From the human T2T-CHM13v2.0 reference genome, Homo sapiens: a DNA stretch of 64,000 bases. Below, piece by piece: positions 53,536 to 64,000 of the stretch (positions within the stretch are counted from its first letter, which is position 1; the number at the start of each line of letters is the position of its first letter). The notes under the pieces were generated by a model. The model did no database searches. It was not told the DNA's origin and worked only from the letters and a program-made list of their open reading frames with translations. Location of the stretch: the NCBI RefSeq assembly GCF_009914755.1, contig NC_060944.1; one strand, written 5' to 3'. Made by a program: the position numbers and the translations under genes.

Positions 53536-53903
53536 TGTATTAGTCCATTTTCACATTGCTATGAAGACATACCTGAGATGGGGTAATTTATAAAGGAAAG
53601 AGGTTTAATTGACTCACAATTCTGCATGGCTGGGAAGGGCTCAGGAAACTTACAATCATGGCAGAAGGCAAAGGAGAAGCAAGAACCTTCTTCATATGAT
53701 GGTAGGAGACAGAGCAAGCAATGGGGAAACTGCCAAACACTTTTAAAGCATCAGATCTCATGAGAACTCACTCACTATCATGAGAACAGCATGGGGGAAA
53801 CCGCCCCCATGATCCAATCACCTGCCACCAGGTCCCTCCCTCAACATGTGCGGATTACAATTCCAAATGAGATTTGGAGGGGACACAGAGCCAAACCATA
53901 TCA
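53536..53903 (-). mobile_element. THE1D/MSTA-like solo LTR
   Basis: TGTATTAGTCCATTTTCAC...CCAAACCATATCA; 5-bp TSD TTTGC. Confidence 0.9.
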
Positions 53904-54313
53904 TTTGCCAACACATGCTTTTAATCATCGTTTGTTATTGTTCTTCTTGTTGTTACATCCATTCTAGTGGGTGCACTTACTATATTTATAATCAGAAAAA
54001 AATAAGCATGTAGATAAGTATATGAAATTTATGTATATACCATATCTTAAGGGAGAAAAAAGAACAAAAATATCAGAAGGAAATACAACAAAATATTAAA
54101 TATGGCTGTCTCTAGATGACAGGATTATGGGTTTTTCTTCTTTCTACCTTTCTGTATTTTTCTCTTTGATAAGCAACAGGTATTTGCTTTTATAAACAAA
54201 TTCATTTTAATAAAGTAATAACATACCATGAGGTGTTTTACAGCTAGTATAATCTAACTTTAACTACCTTAACATTTCCCAGTAGTGATGATTAGATACC
54301 AAAGCTTCCCTTC

Positions 54314-55750
54314 TGCTAAAGATCATACATACATTGTTGAATTACTGAAGAAATTACTTGCCTCCAGATTGACTCGCAGGGTAACTGTTGGTTTTATTAA
54401 ACTCCAGAGAAGAACTGCAGAGCTTCCAGGGCCCTTCCTCAAAGCAGCTAGGAGGCATGGATGCACAGCTGTCACCGCATTCCTCTCACAGTGCTTCCTG
54501 GGCCAGCATCAAGGCTATTCAGAAACATCTCATTCTTTTACAACCATCCTTTGCTCCTACACCAAACTCTACAAGGTGTATGGCATTCAAGTAGTTTTGT
54601 GTTTGGCTAGTGATGACAAAGCCACCCCATCACAAAAAACTGTTTATATGCTACTCTATTAGCATATAATCTGGGAATCTTGCCGAAGCACATTCATCCA
54701 ACAAGTATTATCTGAGCCCCAACTATGTGAAAAGCATTGTATTAGTCTGTTCTCAGCTCCTAATAAAGACATACCCGAGACTGGGAAATTTATAAAGAGG
54801 TTTAATTGACTCACAGTTCCACATGGCTTGGGAGGCCTCACAATCATGGCAGAAGGTGAATGAGGAGCAGTCACATCTTACATGCCAGCAGGCAAGATAG
54901 AGCAGGTGCAGGGGAACTCCCCTTTTATAAAACCATCAGTTCTCATGAGACTTATCGACTATCACAAGAACAGCACGCGAAAAACCCTCCCCCATGATTC
55001 AATTACCTTCCACCAGGTCCTTCCCCGACATGTGAGAATTACAGGAGCTACAATTCAAGATGAGATTTGGGTGGGAATACAGCCAAACCATATCAGGCAT
55101 CTTGCTGTGTCCCCTTAAGCTTACAATCTAAGAACAAACACTCTACCCAAAGTACAGAGCGCTAAGGATCCTAAGGGACAAACACACAGAAGGGCTTGTA
55201 GGAGTTTGGAAAAGAGTTGTCTTCCCCACCCCCCCACAACTGAAAGAGGAAAGACATTTCAAGGAAACAGTCACTTGCCAGTTTTGGGTATCATTGAACA
55301 TGGAACCAGAGGTCCAGGAATTACACGATGGCCCAAGACAAGCATCTAAAGGGCAAGACCAAAGGAAGAGCTTCCCTTCCCTGCACCCATTTTCCCTCTC
55401 AAATGATCTTTCCCTGATCTTTATTCTCTGTCACCACCAAACTTCTTGCCTCTGTCTAGACAGGCATACAAGGGCCAACCAACCCGCTGTGAATAGGTGC
55501 CTCAGGCAACTGAAGTCCAAATAGAATGAGGCAAGGGCGCCCTCACTCAACTCATCCAAAACGAGAAAAAACTAAGAAGTCCCAACCAGAGTCATGTTTC
55601 TTCTACACCATGACACTGCATGTGTAAGCCCACCCTACATCCTTTTAAGAATGCAACATTTTACAAAAGAATAACTTAACTGCACATCATATGCCACCGT
55701 TTTATGCTAAAGATCACACGTACTGTGTTGAATTACTTCAGAAATGACTT
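54314..55750. repeat. Diverged 46-bp direct repeat pair (54314-54359 and 55705-55750)
   Basis: 39/46 identity, ungapped, by manual alignment. Confidence 0.85.
54738..55095 (-). mobile_element. THE1B-like solo LTR
   Basis: TGTATTAGTCTGTTCTCA..CTAATAAAGACATACCCGAGACTGGG...CCAAACCATATCA; TSD AGCAT/GGCAT. Confidence 0.9.
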
Positions 55751-56164
55751 TAACATCGACAGCCAAAGCAAAACCTTTAACTAGAGGGGACTGGGTATTT
55801 TGGCCTGATGAATAATTTGCACTCAGTAATAGGGAGTCATCCAAGCCACCAAGCGTGAATTACTAATTTTCAAAAGACCAAAAACTAACAAAGTACATTC
55901 AACCTTAAAACCATTTTGAACATAATCTTCCTTTGAGGATTCAAAAATGCCTAGAAACACTTTAAATCTGTGAATAAGGACCACGACTCTGTGTTGTCAT
56001 ATCCATACAAAGTTATTGAATAAAACCTAGCAGGCTTAGAGCTTACTAATCCTACTGTTATAACCGGGGGCTGGGAGGGAAGAATTGCTCTTCTAATAGT
56101 AAATGTAGGTAAATGCCAGCAGAACTGGGTATAAGAGATGTGCCTATTAAGGAATGTCACTGGT

Positions 56165-56545
56165 TTTATTTTAATTTATTCTGGGTTTATTGGATACAGC
56201 AAAATTCACCCTTTATAGATGTACAGTTCTATGAATCTTGACAAACATATACAATTGTGTGGGCACCACCATAATCAAGATATAAAATGTTCCCATCACT
56301 TTCTTAAATTCATGCCCCTTTGCAGGGAAATGCCCCTCCCCATTTCCCCAGTCCCTGGCAACCATGAATCTAATTTCTGTCCATACAGTTTTGTCTTTTC
56401 CAGAATTATGAATCTAATTTCTGTCTCTATAGTTTTTTCTTTTCCAGAATGTCACAGAAATGGAATCATACAGTCTGTAGCTTTTGACTCTGGCTTCTTT
56501 CACTTAATCTTTTAAGAGCTATCCATGTCATTGCATTGATTTTGT
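56165..56545 (-). mobile_element. Old L1M 3' UTR with a 44-bp tandem duplication (56364-56450)
   Basis: Antisense L1M 3' end; ATGAATCTAATTTCTGTC...CTTTTCCAGAAT occurs twice. Confidence 0.75.
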
Positions 56546-56634
56546 TTGTTAACCAATATTGAACCGAGACTTCAAAATGGTGCTGGTGGCCTCACACCCA
56601 CCAGGTTCTTCGTCACTGTTCACACTGTCCGTCC

Positions 56635-56985
<351 letters not shown>

Positions 56986-57114
56986 TTAAAGGAGGGACGA
57001 ATCTTCATCTTTCAAAAGGGAGGGCGATGGTTTTAAAAGCAAAGCTCTAACCTATGAGCTTTTACTCCAGGACACAAACACTGGCCTATGGAGCTCTGTG
57101 GCCCAAGCACAGGG

Positions 57115-57450
57115 CAGGGTACTCAGTGGGGGCACAACACAGAGGACACTGAAGGCTGGGAAGGGGAAGAATGGATGGGAGCGAGATTCATTAAAGGTTA
57201 CAAAATTACAGCTAGATAAGAGGAGTAAGTTCTACTCCATACCACTGTAAGATGGCTGTACTTAACTAAAATATTCTAGTTTCGAAGAGTTAGAAGGAGG
57301 ATACGGAACATTTCCAACACAAATAAATGATCAATGTTGAGACGATGGATATGCTAATTACCTGGATCCAACCACTACACATTATACTGAAACATCACTA
57401 TGTGCTCCATAAATATGTACAGTTATTATGTGCCAATTAAAAAAATTTAA
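57115..57450 (+). mobile_element. L1MA 3' end
   Basis: ACAAAATTACAGCTAGATAAGAGG...GATGGATATGCTAATTACC...AAATATGTACA. Confidence 0.8.
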
Positions 57451-57602
57451 ACCTGTTGGTTCAACTTGACTGAACTGCAATCTGATCAGTAGTCAACATG
57501 AATAATACCATCTTAGTTCAAGAGTAAAACAATCTCACTGAGAAAATTTCTCAGAAAAAGACTCCCAAAATGTTATATTGTGTTAGGTTTTGTTTTGCTT
57601 TG

Positions 57603-57604
<2 letters not shown>

Positions 57605-57652
<48 letters not shown>
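57605..57652. repeat. (GT)24 microsatellite
   Basis: Perfect GT run. Confidence 0.95.
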
Positions 57653-57653
<1 letters not shown>

Positions 57654-59505
57654 GAAAACTGGCTCTGAAAGCATTTCTAAAAGTGGAGTTTCCAACATCA
57701 TCGTGAATCCACTCCTGCACCTCCTCATTGTACAAATATTTACTGAGTGCCCTGTGTGGCTACACCAAGTTCACTGCTAGGAATGATTCAACTTCTAAAC
57801 ACCATCAGGAAAGTACAGACTCTGGGTTGAGATGGTTCTGAAATCAAATTCCCACTTTTGGCCCTTTAACTCTGACTCTACTGCCCTAGAGATTCCCCAG
57901 CAGGGTCACCCAAACAGAGCTTGATGACCCAGGTGCTCAAACCCTCTGCCCAACCCATCCTCCAGCACACTCTGCCGGGCCCATCTTTTGTGGTCTGCAC
58001 ACCTTGCTTGTTACCAGTGGATCTGCGAAACTTTCAGAACATCCATCCTGGAAAAATGCTCACCTCTGAATAATAATTTAAGTCTCGAACTGTCATCATC
58101 CAGGGAAGAACTTCTCACTCTGAATCTGTCGTGATTCTAGAGCATTCCTAGAATCTAGAGGTTCTAGATTCTAGATCCTGACTCCTATGCAAGTAGCTCG
58201 GCAAGGAGAGGGGAGCAATGGCTGGAGAAAGTGATAAATTCTCTAAATCTGGTTTTTCTCACTCATAAAATAGAGTTATTAATCCCTCCCTGCTGCGAGG
58301 ATAAAATAATGGATAATAATAATAGCAGCTGTTATTAATTGAAAGCTTATTTGAGGGCCAAATACCACAGAATATGCATTACTTATTTATTGATTTTAAT
58401 CCATGCACCCAATCTTATGAGTAAGACTATTATTATCCCCAACTAATAAATGAGGAATTGAGGCTCAGAGATACTAAGCACTTGCTCAAAACCACCAGCT
58501 AGTACATGCTTCACTGAGGGTGTGAACTCTTCATCGTTATATTTAACCTCATTCAACTTCTGGCAATCAATCCCAAAGAAATAATAATAAGTCACTCATA
58601 CACACAGAGGCGCCTCATGGTTTGAGAAGAGAAAATCAGAAAATAATTAAACATCCAACAATGAGGCATTGCTAATATAAACTGCCTCCATGTTGGTCAG
58701 GCTGGTTTCAAATCATGACTGCAAAGAATAGTCTGTGAAGACCAGCTGAAGACATGTGTTCACCTCCCACTTCTTCCCAAAACTCACTGATATCCCAGTA
58801 AATAACTACAAGTGAGACAATATCATAAAATCACTGTGAACTGATAAAACAGAAGCCAGGTGAGGTGGTGCTGGTAGCAGAACCAGGGCAAATGGAGAAG
58901 GAGAGGGAGGTGGAATGGTGAGGAGAAAGAAGCTGTTTCCCATCATGGAAGCACCAGCATGGGTGGATACAGATACCAGGAGTTGGAGGAAGGGCACCAA
59001 TGGTGAAGGCTGTCTGCAGGAAGAGTCCATGGGCTGGCCTCCCCCAGTCTACTCAACAATCACCTCTCACCTCTTCCCCCAAGAGCAGCAAATGAATTTT
59101 CCCAGGCTGAAACAGGAAATATAACCACTAAGGATCCTTAACAATCTTCCAAGAAGGTGCTTAAATTTCCAGAGTGGGGATTATCACCCCAAAATATGTT
59201 CCTCTTTGGCTTAGCATGAGGAGCAGCACAACTTGCCTGCTTTTGTTCCACAAATGTCCAAGTGAAATCCGCCAATCAACTCACCTGCCCGTGGACAAAC
59301 AAAACTACTCAGCAATCTGTGCCACCACCTAGTTCTACATTCCTAAAATGAATAAACAATCCAAATCATTAATGCTGGTGGAGGCAAACAATACCAAAGA
59401 AAGAAGTAAGCTGAACCCATAAAACTGACTCCAGGAAAAATAGAGAATCCAGACACAAACAAGAACTTTCACAGAACCCTTAATTAATATCTTCCAAGAT
59501 ACTGA

Positions 59506-59840
<335 letters not shown>

Positions 59841-60178
59841 ACAGGTGACTATTTTTGAAAAGCAATTAAAACTCAGAAGTAACAAATTTACAGAAATTAA
59901 GAACATGCCTGCTAAAATGAACGCCAAAGGAAAAAATATCAATAGAAAAGCTGAAATAAAAAATTAAAGAAATTTCCTAGAATATAGAGCGAGGAGAAAT
60001 ATTTAGAAAACATAGACAAAATAACAGACACATGAAAGACCATACCATGAAACAAATATCCATCTACTAGATGCTCCTAGAGAGATCATAGACAAAATAA
60101 ACAGGAGGAAATAATTACCAAAAATATATATATACTTCACAGAAATGAAGAAAGAAAGAAAATGCAAAGTGTCCATCA

Positions 60179-60594
<416 letters not shown>

Positions 60595-60693
60595 TTAAGT
60601 ACTGAGCTAATTAGCAATACTGAATGTTAGAAGACGACTGGATGTACTTTGAAATGTCAAGGAGAAAATTATTTTGACTCTAGCTTTCTAGAG

Positions 60694-60844
60694 TCTCTCT
60701 CTCTCTCTCTCTGTATTTCTCTCTCTCTCTCTCCCCCCTCTCTTTCTCTCTCTCTCTCTCTCTATTTCTCTCTCTCTCTCTCCCCCCTCTCTTTCTCTCT
60801 CTCTCTCTCTCACACACACATACACACAAACACACACACATACA
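60694..60844. repeat. (CT)n-(CA)n compound microsatellite
   Basis: Direct reading. Confidence 0.9.
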
Positions 60845-61320
60845 GAATGTGAGGATGAAAAAGAGATTTTTTCAGCCTTTAAGAACAAAAAGTTTTCCAC
60901 ATACCTATTATTTTATAAAATATTAATTAGGAATAGACTGAGACAAAATGAAAAGGAATACAAGAATAAAAGAAGGTTGGGGATTCTAGAAAGAGAAGAA
61001 TTCCAGGACCGCAAGAAGAGCAGCCCCAAGATGATGATGAGCTCATGGTCCCAGGAGGAAGGTAGGAGAGCACTTCACAGCGTGCAATTGAACAACGGTG
61101 AGATATTCATGATTCGGTGAAGAAGACATCCGCTTCCTCCACTCACAAGAAAAGCAAATGACAATTAGAATATAAGAAGCTGTACAATAAGGTCACAGGC
61201 CAGCAAAATCAAACATAACATGCCCTGAGTCTAGCAACTGATGGAGTGATCAAGAAAGCAAATTCATCTCATCACAGTTCTGGGATGGGGTACGGTTCTC
61301 ACTGCAGAGACATTCATCCC

Positions 61321-61710
61321 TGTCTTGCCTGGGTTTTCTCAAAAAACAAAGCATACAACAAGGACACATGGGAAAGTGGTTTATTTGGGGAAGTGATTCC
61401 AAGTGACAGTATGGCAAACTGGGAAGAGTGGAACAGCAAAGGAGAGAAAAATCAATCCAGGAGTGTAGCACACAGTGGATCCCCACAGGGGACAAACGAG
61501 ACTCCATCCCACTCTGAGAATTATCTGCCTGGGAGAAGGAAGATGAGAATGTGTACTCATCGGCTTCCATCCCCCATTGACCAAGGGCTGCCCCATGGGT
61601 CTGGCATTTCCAGATGTCCATTACATCAGAATGTCTGTGCAGGAGGCTTCCCAAATGCCAGATACAGAAAAGTCCCAGGATATAAAGTGAGAAATATGCA
61701 TTGTAGTATT
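61321..61710 (-). mobile_element. LTR16/LTR33-family ERVL LTR
   Basis: TGTCTTGCCTGGGTTTTCTC...AAGTGGTTTATTTGGGGAAGTGATTCCAAG. Confidence 0.55.
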
Positions 61711-61778
61711 TAGAACTGTATTTTCCACATACATAATATTTTGTAATAGTAACTGTGTTAAGGAGAGACACAAATACT

Positions 61779-62183
61779 ATGTAGACATTAGCACTGCTTG
61801 CCAAATGTTTTTGGCTCTCAGCTTCCCAAACATACGATGGAATCACACTCTTTGGCCCCTATGTGGTTGAGTGCAACCATGTGACTAGTTCTGCCCACTA
61901 AACTGAAGTGAAAGTGATATCTCACTTCCACGTTAAAACATGTGAATTTTGACGCAAGACACTCCAGAGTTTTCTTTCCTCCTTCTTCTTCCTTTCCAGC
62001 AACATAACAGATAACAGTTGTTCCATTTCCATGGGTTGCCAAATAAAGAGGACCCACAGCAGAGGCCCAGTTCACTGTAATAGACATGAGACTGACGAGA
62101 AATAAAACCTTCCTTGTGTAAAGGCTCTAAGATCTGGGGATTATTTGTTACTGCTGCCTAACCTAGCCTATACTGACTGATAC
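61779..62183 (+). mobile_element. MLT1H/I-like LTR
   Basis: CCATGTGACTAGTTCTGCCC...GAGAAATAAAACC...TTATTTGTTACTGC...CTGACTGATACA. Confidence 0.7.
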
Positions 62184-63344
62184 AATGAGGCAATGCTTTA
62201 TAATGTTGTTTGGGAAGACAAGTTTAGAAAAGTTAACACACACACATATACAATGATTACACTGTACATTTAAAAAGCTAAATATAGAGAAAAAAGGGAT
62301 ATCAAGTGCTAATAGTGTATGCCCTTGGTTGACAGAATCCCAAGGAAGGTTCATTATTAGATGGTCACTTTTTAAATCTTACATAACAAGCATGTATTAT
62401 TTACACAAAAACAAACATTAAAAGAAAACCTCAAGTGAGGGGCTGTATCGAGGAGGAGAGATTGGTGGACATCCCAGTTATGTCACGTGCTTATGAACTC
62501 TAAACTTCAGTACCTTTTCCACCCCATAAAATACACAAATCTCTTTTCAGGTATCAGGGCAGGTGGGTGTCAAATACCCAAAACTTTACTTCCACTTTAC
62601 AATGTGCATATATTCAAAGTCTTCCAAACATCCAAGAAAGTTTTAGTTGTACGTTGGACTGTTTCTACTCCCTTCTTCCAAGTCTCCCAATAACTTGTTC
62701 AGCTTTTGCAAATAGGAATTGTTTCCCAAAAGGGAAAAGAATTTGAGAAAATCCAGTGTCTAGAACTTACCAACATGAAGCCTTGTGAATGCACAGGTGT
62801 ATGCTCACACGCATGCACACACACAACAGGTCTGTTAAGTCCTTTCTGGGCCCAGTCTTCCAATTTCTTCCACATCCCTCTGATCTATTTTCCAAGAGCA
62901 GCCAGAGTGATCCTCGGGAAGTTAACACTTCATGTCAATTCCCTGCTCCAATGCCCCACTGGCTTCCCATTACACTTATGGAATGAAATCGAAACCCCTA
63001 ACCATGGCCCTGGAGATGCAGGTGATCTGGCCCCTGTCCCACTCTTCCCTTGACCCAGTATGTACCAGCCATGACGATATTCCTCTCAGGTCCCTGAACA
63101 CACCAAGCTACTCTTTCCATGTCTGGGCCCCTGTGCTGACCATTTCCCCTTCCTGGAATGCTGTTCTCTGGGGTTCCCACAAGCCTTCTTCCTTCTCAAC
63201 CTTCAAGATTCAGCCTAAATTCCACTTCTTCAGGGAAACCCTCCCCAAAGGCCACCATTAAAAATGAGCCCCATCCCCGTCATTCTCTCCCACTATCCTG
63301 TTCCTTTCTTTCAGACACTTCATCACAATCCTATTTCTTCTCTG

Positions 63345-63969
<625 letters not shown>

Positions 63970-64000
63970 TCTTCTCTTTATTTATCACCTTAGGTGTTTA

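Noticed and set aside
54285-54348. C/D-box snoRNA-like layout (GTGATGA...CTGA, 64 nt)
   Set aside because: No convincing terminal stem or D'/C' boxes, no recognised rRNA guide, boxes absent from the paralogous copy, and probably antisense to the host; snoscan/snoReport would settle it
54820-54840. PRDM9 hotspot motif position in THE1B
   Set aside because: Reads CCTCCCAAGCCAT on the minus strand, not the hotspot-associated CCTCCCTAGCCAC

Overview
Primate (human-like) genomic DNA of moderate GC content, dominated by interspersed repeats: Alu/FAM, MIR, L2, old and young L1, MaLR/ERVL/ERV1 LTRs, hAT MITEs and two MADE1 MITEs. I can support no protein-coding exon; the listed ORFs come from Alu, L1, low-complexity or random sequence. 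The clearest RNA-derived feature is a 3'-truncated, tailless 7SK retropseudogene (31912-32147) with a 15-bp TSD. The window looks like a large intron or a gene-poor interval. L1 orientation bias hints at a minus-strand host gene, which I cannot name. I found no convincing new biological system. The best unexplained signals are (i) a diverged 46-bp direct repeat pair (54314-54359 and 55705-55750) in unique sequence that keeps splice-like motifs, (ii) a CpG-retaining element at 44539-44790 with RFX/POU/NRF1-like motifs and a minus-strand donor, (iii) a well-formed 96-nt plus-strand non-coding exon candidate (45495-45590), and (iv) several mechanistically informative retrotransposition or repair scars. 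Repeat family names come from recalled consensus sequences, not a RepeatMasker run. Subfamily calls and boundaries of old elements are approximate.
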